In this document: in pieces, positions 12,978 to 24,209 of the stretch
How the letters are laid out: every line of letters begins with the position of its first letter
Position numbering within the stretch: the first letter of the stretch is position 1
Origin: Heteronotia binoei
Taxonomy: Eukaryota
Assembly: GCF_032191835.1 (NCBI RefSeq)
Contig: NC_083229.1
Coordinates: forward strand, 35,960,001 to 36,024,000
DNA: 64,000 nt
Direction of reading: 5' to 3'
Made by a program: the position numbers and the translations under genes
Notes under the pieces: model-generated
The model's input: only the letters and a program-made list of their open reading frames with translations
What the model was told of the DNA's origin: nothing
Databases searched by the model: none

Positions 12978-14751
12978 GTGTTATTGACTCAAGTGTATGG
13001 CAACCATCTTACTACTTCAACTCCAACAATTACTTAAAACAATATGGCAACCATGTTTATTACTCTGTTTTTTCTCTTTATTTATAAACCAATTCCTATC
13101 CCAGATTTGGGAAACTAATAAACTGTGCAAACATTTAAAAAATATTTAAGCCCTCTACTCAAACTGTTCCTGCTAAATAAAAAACTTTGCAGAGAAAATA
13201 CAATAGGGATATTTTAAACTTTCAGACTACGATGGTGTGTAGATCTATAATTATTAATATTAGATGCAAAATTAGGAGATGAGAATAAGGATGTCATTTG
13301 CTCCACAGAAAGAATTAATGGTTTTGATGGAAGAAATAGCTTTGTCCATAGGATGCTAAGCTGTTGCCCTACACTTTTCTGAAAAAGAAAACATGATGTC
13401 AGCCATCCACAGCCATCCAAGACAATCCTAATTCAACTGCTTGGATATTCTCAGTAATTAGCAAATGATATGGTGGTAATTTTGGGCTATCATGAACCAC
13501 TGAAAGTGATTAGGTTGTATCCTACCACTGCACAGCCAAGCACAGAGCCTTTTTAGTGCAAAGAACCTTCCTCTCGAGGGAGGCTCTGAGCATAGCTGTA
13601 GGAAGCACCCCGTTACATGAATATATTCTGTTAGCTTCTGATATCAGATTCACCATAGATGCTATAATATTACACTTCATATAGTGCCTAAGGACCTGCA
13701 AGATAAGGAAATACCTATCAGGATCTGAACCAAAACAGTTGCCTGAGTATTTTTAAGTATATTTAAGTAATGTGTTTGTATTTTCCCCAAGCTCTCCATT
13801 CTACATTAACAAAAATTCTATTAATAGTTATCAATGATAGTTCCTTATTTTTATCCTGAAGTATTTTCCATTTAAGTGGTATAATAAACTATGGGGAAAT
13901 TGTGGTTTAATCTTAAGGAAACAGCAGTCTTTGTATGTGGACACTCTCTAATCTATTTTATTCTCTCTGATGTACTTCATGTAGTTTTACCCTGTGATCT
14001 CCTTTTTATACATAAACAAAAAACCCTTTGATCTTCTATTTTCATGTCTCCTTAACCAGTAAAAGAGTTGACAGTTACTATCCTTAAGACACTTTCCTAG
14101 GACTAAACCCTAGAATTGCTTCCCTGAAAATAACAAACTTACACAGCATTTACACTAAAGATGAACATTTCCACAAAACTATCTTATAACAAAAAACAAG
14201 TAATGTTCTCTTATTTTTTAAAAAAAGGAAAGCATGCAGCAAAGCAATAAAAGCATTGTGGCATTCTTACAGCCTACAGTTAGGTTAATCTACAGTACCT
14301 TAAGGGATTCCTAATGAAAAAAGGCAAACAACTTGTACCCGAGTATCATTGTGAATATAGTCAAGGCGACAAATCATGTAAAATTATCTTGTAATCATTC
14401 ATCTTTTCAGTATTTCAACTAACTTGTCAAAATGCAAGCAGTGTACAAATTCCTTACACAAGGTACAAATTTATTTGCCTGTCTTCTACTCAAGGAGCTA
14501 CTGTCATTTGGAAAATGCAAAAAGGAAGTGTTAAGTAATGAAAATGAGTGATTTAAAGAGACATCAACTTGATACAATGAGGCCAAACATCAAAAGCACA
14601 AGCTCAGCTATTACAAGTTCAAGGTACATATTTATGAGAAACACACAGCAATTAACACTGCAGACATCTGTGTTAGTTCAATTAGATAGCAGATAAAAAC
14701 AAAACTGAAAACTAGTTGTCTCTTTAAATTTTAATTTAGTATTCTATTCTC

Positions 14752-14757
14752 CATGCA
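14752..14757 (-). promoter_or_regulatory. TGCATG (Rbfox motif) about 185 nt downstream of the 48-nt microexon; a second copy at 14233-14238
   Basis: Plus-strand CATGCA at both positions. Confidence 0.45.
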
Positions 14758-14939
14758 GGACTATTCAAGCTGCTCACAAGACAATGTGAAATTTGTTAAT
14801 ATGGTCTGAAGCAACACGTTAAAAAAAATTAAAATGGGAAAACGGACTAAACTGTGGCGTTTTCCTACTGTGCATTTTCCAAGACAAACAAAAGAAAAAA
14901 ACACAACTTTAGTTTCTGTCAGGCAGATAAAGCCTTTAC

Positions 14940-14987
14940 CTGAACCCTAGGAACAAAAGGCGCTGTTCTTCTACTAAGGCTTTGGCT
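14940..14987 (-). CDS. RIMS2: RIMS2 alternative 48-nt microexon (phase 0 to 0); SQSLSRRTAPFVPRVQ, inserted just before C2A
   Basis: Very long U-rich tract ending ttttgcttaccag|AGCCAAAGC...GTTCAG|gtaaag; frame-preserving; resembles a recalled 16-aa RIM2 splice insert between GQLS and IKLW. Confidence 0.85.
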
Positions 14988-16009
14988 CTGGTAAGCAAAA
15001 TTAAAGAAAAAGCAATAAAACAAAACCAAAAAGACAACACGCTGGAAACTAAAAGACCAAAAGTAAAACGATATACAACTTTAAATACTGCTTTGCATCA
15101 GGGACATATTTATCTAAAAAGAACGTTTAAATGCAATGCATGAATTAAACCTGCAAATGCATTATTAAATGTATAAAAATGTGTATGGTCCTGTACCAAT
15201 TGCATTTTTATATTGACCTAATGTTTCACACTGTGAACAGTAACTCTGAGAAGTGTTTAAAATATGCTTAGTGTCAAAAATGGTCCCACCCTGATTCACT
15301 GCTGGTCAAAATTGCTAACAGTTATAATATTCAGTACAGTATATGATGCAAAAGAAGTATAGAAAACAAAACAGAAAACACGAATTAGCTGCTTTAATAC
15401 ACATCTCATAATTTCTCAATTTTAAAAATTAAAATCCTACAATTTAAAAAACACTACGGTTAAAAGCAACATTTGTCTTTCCAGCATTATTTACTAAAGC
15501 AATTCAAAGATGATATATTATACCAAGTTTCCCAATTAAGGAATCTATCAAGGAGACTACCCAACTAGTTCAGCACATGTGAAGAAATAATAAAGATAAT
15601 ACTATTAAGAATGTACAGTGCATTTTCCTTGTTGGTAATGAAGCAAAAGCAAGCTTTCAGCCAAACCAGTTATTTTAGAAATTAACCACTCATAACAGGA
15701 AATAGTGCTGCCTGTCTATATACCTACCTACCTTTACAGAAATGACATACCATATAATGAATAACATCACTACTTAAAATTAGTTCTGTAAAATATAACA
15801 ATATAGAATTATTACTAATCTACCCATTATTGGAAATATTCAAATTCAAAACCACTGAAAATAGCCTGAAAACTCAAAATATATTTTAAAATTTTACATG
15901 ACAGGAATGTAAATTAATATTTATTAAAAGTTGATTTAAAATTACAACCCAACCAGCCTAATGGAAAGGATATGATGTCTTAACAAACATTTCTGAGAGC
16001 ATCTAAATT

Positions 16010-16209
16010 TAGGGTTACCAGCCTCCACGTGGGGCCAGGAAATCTCCCACTTTTAAACTAATCTCCAGCTGGCAAAGATCAGCTCCTCTGGAGAAAACGG
16101 CTGCTTTGAAGGTTGGACTCTATGGCATTGTACCATTTTGAGGCCCTCCCCTTCCCAGGCTCCACCCCCAAAGTCTCCAGGCATTTCCCAACACAATCTG
16201 GCAATCCTA
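16010..16209 (+). mobile_element. hAT-type MITE with TAGGGTT(A/G)CCA...TGGCAA(T/C)CCTA termini
   Basis: Termini read directly; degenerate 8-bp flanks tctaaatt/ttttaatt. Same terminus family as 43842-44491; related pieces at about 47090-47205 and 61340-61495. Confidence 0.65.
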
Positions 16210-16439
16210 TTTTAATTATATACTATTATTTACAAGTTTTCCATAACACAGGAATGATTTTTAACTTTTCAAAGTTTGTGTGCTTACTAAACTCCAGCAA
16301 GAACTGGGTCTAAAATATGCTGGGTACATAAGAACTGGGTCTAAAATATGCTGGGTACATAACTGCCAGATTGCATGTCTTCCATCATATCTGATGGAAA
16401 TACCTTGTTTTTTTAATATACATATACACGTTATATATA

Positions 16440-16760
16440 TATTGCAGATATTTTAGCATACTGGAGGACATTGGAGGAACCAGTGAAATGGGAAATTCCA
16501 AGAGAACTTTAAAAAGGGATAACGTATCTTATTTAAAAAGTCTGCTTACAGCAGCTAGAATTTGGACAGTCCAGTGTTGGACATGGAAAATACTACTAAA
16601 AACTGAAGTCTGAATACATAAAGTTTGGTTTATTGTGAGAATGGAGAAAATAATAGTATATAAACATGTGGGAGCAGAGAGGTATGCCATACAAACAGTC
16701 TTCTTGACGATGGCTAAAAGTGGAAGCTATCTGTTTCAAGGGGAAATAAATAGCTATTGA
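16440..16760 (+). mobile_element. Old L1-type 3' ORF2 fragment
   Basis: Broken frames include LLTAARIW and W..IVRMEK, like the C-terminus of the L1 at 59107-59685. Confidence 0.45.
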
Positions 16761-17647
16761 ATCTCAGAAAGCACATGAGCAAACCATGTCTACAGTATGT
16801 TTTGAAGTGGCATGGCTGTCAAATAAATTACAGACATGGCCCTGTCTTGTCACCAGCAGGGGCCTTTGGGGGACATTCCTGGAGAGGGAGGAACCATCTT
16901 CAATGTGATGATGTGACACAGAAGTGACATAATCACAATAGGAGTGCAGCCCCATGGAAGGCGCTGTTGGCACCAGTTTGAAAAAACCATTTAAAGGGAA
17001 CCTTCCCTTTAAACATTTTTTGCAAGAGAGCACATCAATGCCCTGCATGTCTGAACTCACCACTTGGAATTCAGGCATGGCCGGCCCCTGCTTGCAAAAA
17101 ACATTTAAAGGGACTCTTTAAATGTTTTTTTGCAAGTGGGGGCCATGCGCACCTGAACTCCAAACAGCAAATTCACCACTTGGAGTTCAGGCGTGTGGCC
17201 AGCAGCTTCACCTCTCCCTCCCTTCCTGAAGATTTTAAGGATCCTCCAGCTAATTGGTGGGCCATGCACTCCTGCTGATTAGCTGGAGGGCCCTTTACAT
17301 CTTGTAGGAAGGGAGCAAGAGGGATGGTTGCCAGTGGCTGCACTTGGACATAGCTTGAGGACAGGACTTTTCCTGTTGGCCAGCTGGCTGGCAGTGATCA
17401 GGAGCACACAAAATCAGGGGATTCCTCACCCCCACCTGGGGACTGTTATCCCTACTCTTTAGAGCCTGATTTGAAGCCCAGTATTCCTTCTTGACTCTGA
17501 CATTAGCCATAGATCTTGTTAGGATTGCAAGGGTAAACAAACCTCAACATGCAAGCCAACCAGTGGCACATCAGTCTGTTTTCTTCAGTTCATAAGACTA
17601 TTCTAGCCAAACTACTGACAAGAGTCCATGAGGAGTGGGGATATGAC

Positions 17648-17806
17648 CAGGGGTTGTTTTGTAGAAAAAAAGGTGATGGAGTTCATCCAGGAGTTGTTAT
17701 GCAGCTGCACCTACTATTCAATGGACAAGGTGGGAAGGAGGAAGTGAAACTCTCAGAAAGGTTCAGGAGCTATGCTCCTGTGAGCTTCTGCTGAATCTGA
17801 GGCCTG
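17648..17806 (-). mobile_element. 159-bp hAT MITE with perfect 8-bp TSD
   Basis: gatatgac|CAGGGG...GGCCTG|gatatgac (TSD 17640-17647 and 17807-17814). It is the reverse complement of the outer element at 43764-44591. Confidence 0.9.
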
Positions 17807-20440
17807 GATATGACTATCATTACCTGTTGGCAAGCCCCTGTGGAACTTAACAGCAGTACTGAGGTTCAGTAAACTCCCAGTGTGTTTGGCCATGTACAGC
17901 CCTTATATGTTCTCCCTCCTTTTTTCTGCGAGCACATCAACATCTTCACAATTTCACAGTGTAGTTTTTTTGCACTTAAGATAAAAGGGTTGCCTGCCTC
18001 TGAGCAAATCTATGTCAGAGATACAAAGAAAAATGCAGTTTCTCAGAGATCAATATCTTGCTAGTATGTCTTCTAATACTATATAGATTACTTACACAGT
18101 TTTGAACTGTTACACTGTTATTTATTTACTGCTTTTTGCCCACACTTCTAGAAAGGCTCAGAGTGAGTTTAAATATATTTAAAATTAGAGACATAAGTCT
18201 TAAAATTTAATTAAACTAATAAAATCATGAGCCATCAAAAGCCTATTAATCCTCATCATTGGTCATCTTTCCAACCGTTTCTGGAAAATGCTTACATTCA
18301 CATTTTGGAAGATCTCGATTAGAAAGAATTTCAATGCTTAAAGGACAATAGATAGCATTATTCTGAAGGCAATTATTATACTAAACTGATTCACTTTTAA
18401 AATACTATAACAGCATATTTGAGAGAGAAAATAGAATCTTAGATATGTAATATGAGATTTTACAGACAAAACCAGATCACTTTTCTTCTAGAAAACTATG
18501 GTGAGGTAGACTTTGGTTATAAAATGGATCACTGCAAACAGAACCTATTATAATTTCTGAAGATTTATCAAGGTCAGTGCCAGTAGTCTAGCCCTCAAGA
18601 TTCCAAAAACTGTCTTATCAGATGGAGCTAATAAACACTGTACCTTACCAATGCCACAACCTGAAGCTCCAAGTATCTTAATGAAGCCAGAAATACCCCA
18701 AACGGTAGTGCGAACTAAGGTCATAAGAATAACTCAGAATATGAGTATTCTCATTGTCTTGCCTGGGTTCAGACTTCATCAAGCAAACTTCTCACCTAGT
18801 CTCCCAATTCAGCTAGTTACCATGCAGACATATACCAGAAAACAGACATACATCAAATAGCAGTTTATCACAATATAATAAATTCTCATTTTTTTCTAAT
18901 GCGATGCACTTCTAATCCCATTTCTACAAACGCACAGCTTTACATTACGCCACTCTTAAACTTACACTGCTTTTTGGGACCCACTTACAACATAATTCCA
19001 TGCTACTTTCCCCATCCCTCATATAACATGCAGGAAAATCCAGCATCACTTAAAATTGTACAAGCTCATATTTTTTGAATTTTAAGTTTACAATTTTAAA
19101 TATACAGCACTACAAAGTAATAGGCCATTTCATGACCATTTTACATATTAGACAGAGGCAAACTCAAATCTGCCAATGAGCCTCCCAGAGCCTCCTTTTC
19201 GAGAGGATCATGTTCCATCTCCTACCTCAAGGCTTTACAACTCACCCACAAAACTCTTAGCTTCCCCTTGGGGTTCCTAACTCACAATTTAAAAACTGTT
19301 CTAGAAGATATCATTTGCTAAGTGTTTGACTATATTTATTCATTCGGACTGAAGGACCTGGATCAGATAAGTGATTGACTGGGCTGTGAGTTAATAGAAG
19401 GTAAATTATATCACCCTTCAATGTTCTACAGGATTTCCCCAGAAGTTAAATATATGAGTTTAACAGCAGAGTAAAAAAAATGTACTCTCATATTATCCCA
19501 CCATGAAGTTCCTCTGATGAGCAATCATCCATTACAACCCTTTGAGACCTTTCTATGTGGAAGAAATCAAGAATATTCTCATTAATGTTTATTATATCCT
19601 ACTGCAAAAATGTCAATATATCAGTAGCAACAGTCTTAAAAGTAGCCAAAGGATCAATGGGCTTTTGATTAATATCAAGGGAAAATTTACAAACCAAAGC
19701 CATAAGTGAATTCTCAGTTGTATAGCAGTCAGGGATCTTGAAAATCCAATAACATCATAATGCTATGGTAGAGTGACCGACCTGTCACCCTTTCCCTACA
19801 AGTTAACACTGAAGACAGATCAAAAGTGGGCTCATGAATCTATGTTGAGATTTAATTTTTATTTCGGTGTAATCACAAACTTAAAGCATGGAGGCATACA
19901 CCACTATCTAGTTTTCCACATACCTAATGTCTCTTATGTCCATATCACAACCAATCATTTGTATTGCCAATAATTCAGAAGAAACAATTCAACAATTTCT
20001 CTCTTCCAAGATTCAAATACTTAGATAAATTTCAGGAATATTTTAAGCCTCAAAGAAAAGAGGAAACTCACTTAGAAGGGCACAACACATAAAACTATTA
20101 AAAGTTTTCAACTATGTATCTACTTTACTTAAAGTGCACTATAACTCTGCATAGGATTTCATTGTAAGATAATTAAAATGGTTAATAGGTTGCATAATGC
20201 ATAAGTGAATACCTGCAACATCAAGGCTAATTCAATGATTTTACTGTTACTGAAACTCCCAATATAACAGAAGTTCTTAAAATTTATGTCAGTATCCTTT
20301 CACTACAATGGCAACCTGCATACTATATAACTGCACTAGTAGTTTCTCATCAGTTTCCAAGACCAAACAAACAAACTAATAAACAAGTTGTTCGTGGCCC
20401 TCCAGGGTTGGCCTTGGTTGGAGTAGTGAAACTGGGAGGA

Positions 20441-21855
20441 TTTTTTATTTATTTATTTAATTTATTTATTTGGTGACTTCTATCCCGCCCTTCCCACAAG
20501 TGGCTCAGGGCGGCTTACAACAACAATAAAACAATAAAACAGTAAAATCAGAGCAAGTTATTACCTCTAAAATCAGACAATTAAAACCTAAAAACCTTAA
20601 AATTAAACATTAAACTATACAGTATAAACACAAAAATCTGGTAGCTACATTATCTCATCAGGCATAGGCTAACCGGAAGAGGGCTGTCTTACAGGCCCTG
20701 CGGAACTGAGCAAGGTCCCGCAGGGCCCTCACCTCTTCCGGTAGCTGGTTCCACCACATAGGGGCCATTGTGGAAAAGGCCCTGTCTCTAGTTGCCTTGA
20801 GACGCACTTCCTTGGGCCCGGGGATGATGAGCAGATTTTGAGTGCCAGACCTCAGTGCTCTCTGGGGAACGTGTGGGGAAAGACGGTCCCTCAGGTAGGC
20901 AGGTCCCAGGCCATATAGGGCTTTAAAGGTGATGACCAGCACCTTGTACCGGACTCGGTATATTATTGGAAGCCAGTGCAGAGCCCGAAGGCCCGGCCGG
21001 ATGTGCCCCCACCTTGGGAGGCCCAGTAACAGCCGGGCCGCGGCATTCTGCACTAGCTGCAATTTCCGGGTCCGGCACAGGGGCAGCCCCATGTAGAGGG
21101 CATTGCAGTAATCCAACCTCGAGGTGACCGTGGCATGGATCACTGTTGCTAGGTCGTCGGGGGCCAGGAAGGGGGCCAACTGCCTTGCCCGTCTAAGATG
21201 AAAAAACGTGGACTTGGCAGTGGCCGCTATCTGAGCCTCCATCTTTAGGGACGGCTCCAATAGCACCCCCAGGCTCCTGACCCTGTGACCTGGGCGGAAG
21301 CCGGACTGAAGTGGGTCAAGGATGGAAGCGTCCTCCAGGAAAGTCTGTAGCTGCCTCGCCACTGCCCTCTCAATAAGTTTGCCCAAAAAGGGCAGGTTTG
21401 AGACTGGCCTATAGTGTGCCAATTGGGCCGGGTCTAAAGATGGTTTTTTTAAGAGGGGCCAGACCACGGCCTCTTTAAGGGGCGCCGGAAAAAGCCCTTC
21501 CGTTAGGGATCTGTTTATGATATCCCGTATAGGATATCTGAGATCCCCCTGGCAAGATTTAATAAGCCAGGAAGGGCATGGGTCCAATTTGCAAGTTGTT
21601 GGGTGGGCAGATGAGAGAATCCTGTCGACTTCCTCCAGGCTGAGGGGGCTGAAACCGTCCAGGATATAATTCGAAGACATGCTCGGGGCCTCGGTTGCGT
21701 TAACTGTCTCAAAGTTGACAGGGAGGTCGTGGCGGAGTGACGCGATCTTGTCCGCAAAATAGTTCGCAAAAGCCTCACAGCCTATCTCTAATTCAACGGA
21801 ATTTGGTCTGCCCTGGGGCAGAGTCGTCAGGTCTCGAATTATTTCGAACAATTGA
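20441..21855 (-). mobile_element. 5'-truncated L2 LINE carrying an in-frame deletion of the RT core
   Basis: The 397-aa ORF aligns to the 872-aa L2 ORF but jumps from QSGFRPG to HRVRSLG. L2 3' stem-loop and (TAAA)n tail at 20441-20515. Confidence 0.92.
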
Positions 21856-22443
21856 TAAGAACTTAATCTTCTCCAGTCTTCAGTAGATAAAAAATTAAGG
21901 CTGCAATACTAAAAACACTTTTCTGGGAAGAAATCCCATTCAATAAAATGGGACATTTCTAAGTAGGCCTGCATAGGGTTTATCTCTAAAAGCAGGAGAA
22001 GACAGATGATAGAATTAATAAGTGACAGGTAGAAAAAGGAATAAGCCTGACTGGCTTGGAAGATGCCCTTTCTTAAATAAACCAGTTTCCTCCTCCAAAG
22101 CATCGAAATGGTCCTACATAATTCCGATCATTGTCCAACTATTACTATCAATCAAAACATTTTGTCATATTACTTGATATCACTCATACAATTCCATCAT
22201 ACTATCCATGAGACAAATACTTAGTCAACATAACTTATCACTGGTGGGAAACCCCCTGTTGCACAGACCAGTGCCTTGTCTGAGAGTCAAGTTATCACCT
22301 CTCTTTGTAATATAATCCTATTTGGTTTCAAGTGAAGTTACACCAATGAAGTGAGTTCCCTTCTCTGCTACCACTGTATCACACAACGCCATCTGATAGA
22401 TGGTATCACACAATGCCATCTGATGACATGATGGAGGTTTACA

Positions 22444-22732
22444 GATATGATAGAGGTTTACAAGATAATGCATGGGATGGAGAAAGTAGAGAAAGAAGTA
22501 CTTTTCTCCCTTTCTCACAATACAAGAACTCGTGGGCATTCGATGAAATTGCTGAGCAGACAGGTTAAAACGGATAAAAGGAAGTACTTCTTCACCCAAA
22601 GGGTGATTAACATGTGGAATTCACTGCCACAGGAGGTGGTGGCGGCCACAAGCATAGCCACCTTCAAGAAGGGTTTAGATAAAAATATGGAGCAGAGGTC
22701 CATCAGTGGCTATTAGCCACAGTGTGTGTGTG

Positions 22733-22768
<36 letters not shown>

Positions 22769-22820
22769 TGTTTTGCCACTGTGTGACACAGAGTGTTGGA
22801 CTGGATGGGCCATTGGCCTG
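22444..22820 (+). mobile_element. CR1 3' fragment, same subfamily as 4385-8718
   Basis: MIEVYKIMHG...RSISGY* is nearly identical to the end of ORF 7333-8586; same 3'UTR with internal microsatellite. Confidence 0.93.
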
Positions 22821-23299
22821 ATCTAACATGGCTTCTCTTATCTGGCAGAACTTTTCCTAGTTGTGAGTCAGTTCTGGATCCAGGCCTCTGTGAATGCACG
22901 ATTGAGAAATATGCAGGCACACTGATATTCTTTTGTAATACATTTGCAGATAAAATGGCTTGTAAGCTATGTAACGCAGAAACCAAAACAGATTTGACTA
23001 AGATACTCAAGATACTATTGGGCTTCAGTCTGGTCCTGGTTACATGGCTGACTTTCAACTGGTGAGGCCTGATGAAGTGGACAAGCTGCTTTGAGGTCTG
23101 TAGGCCACCATGTCCGACACTGAGTCACCCTGAACCTGTTAGGGGAGGGCGGGATATAAATCTGATAAAATAAAAAAAATAAAACTGCTGGAAGACAGCA
23201 TCTGGGGATTTGAAATAAGGTGCTACCACTATGCAAATGACAACCAAATCTATTTCTTCTTAACAGCTGGGCCAGGTGGGTCTGTGGAAGTCCTGAACA

Positions 23300-23365
23300 G
23301 ATTGTGCAAGGGATTGAACTAGATGACCCTGGAGACACTTTCCAACTCTATGATTCTATGATTCC
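23300..23365 (+). mobile_element. Old CR1 3' terminus with (ATTCTATG)n tail
   Basis: gaactagatgaccctg...ttccaactctatgattctatgatt is the classical amniote CR1 end. Confidence 0.75.
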
Positions 23366-23439
23366 AATACTGTTCAGTTTGCCAGCTGAAATCTTCTTTT
23401 CAAAGCCCAGACTCTGTGCCCCTGCTTGCAGAGATAAAC

Positions 23440-23885
23440 TGGATGGCACCTAGAGACAGGTCTTTTTCAGTGGCAGCACATTCCCACTTGAGGCTCACCT
23501 GGTATTTTCTCTCAGGTACCAGACCAAAACATTTTTCTTTTACCCAGGACTACATCTATAGGGTTCCATCTTTTCTAGCCATTTTATGGCTTGCTGCTAG
23601 CCTGAAAACTGGTTTATCAAACATTTTAAACTGTTTTGTTTTATGTGCTTTTAAAAGTGTTCTGTTTTATGTCCTTTTTAGCTTTATTAGCTGTTTTTAT
23701 TTGCACATTTTTATTTTTTCTTATTATTTGCTTTTATTTATTGATATGGAAAAAATTTCTGAGTGCTGTTGAGTTGTTTATAAAATGTTTTTATTGTATT
23801 TTATTGTTTTATCATATATTGTACTCCACCCTGAGCCCGACAGGGAATGGGCAGAATAGAAATATACTAAAATAAATAAATAAAT
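23440..23885 (+). mobile_element. Old L2 3' fragment (ORF end, AT-rich 3'UTR, terminal stem-loop)
   Basis: RDRSFSVAA motif, then ccaccctgagcc...gggaatgggcag and an aaataaataa tail. Confidence 0.65.
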
Positions 23886-23949
23886 TGTTTTACTGTTATT
23901 TGCTTTTTCTGTTTAGTTGTGAGTCAGCTCAAGCAGGTCTGGAGAGGTG

Positions 23950-24209
23950 GGGCGTTTTCCCACAGAGCTTACCGCGGAGCGATGTCCCTCTTCACCATGC
24001 AGCGTCTGCGCGTTTTTCCCACCAACTGCTCCGCAGAACCAGGAAGAGCCGCAGCTTTTGCGTCGCTAACTGGTTTTTAGCGGTTTACATTTGCGAAGCA
24101 AAAGGCCCAACACTTCCTGGTTCTGCGGAGCAGTTGGTGGGAAATCCGCGCAGACGCTGCGCGGTGAAGAGGGACGTCGCTCCACGGTAAGCTCTGTGGG
24201 AAAACGCCC
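23950..24209. mobile_element. 260-bp PIF/Harbinger-like MITE with about 97-bp terminal inverted repeats and 3-bp TSD
   Basis: gtg|GGGCGTTTTCCCACAGAGCTTACC...GGTAAGCTCTGTGGGAAAACGCCC|gtg; arms 23950-24046 and 24113-24209; CpG-rich, which suggests a young insertion. Confidence 0.85.

Noticed and set aside
13800-15900. U-rich minus-strand block initially read as a 3'UTR
   Set aside because: Coding exons continue downstream (14940-14987, 12147-12277), so it is intron flanking a microexon.
16300-16365. Small local tandem duplications (also 11990-12020, 27105-27140, 52015-52055, 52235-52295)
   Set aside because: Ordinary slippage duplications with no further structure.
17820-18010. Acceptor followed by an open frame (ICSEAGNPFILS...)
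   Set aside because: No convincing donor and no resemblance to RIM2; the evidence is too thin.
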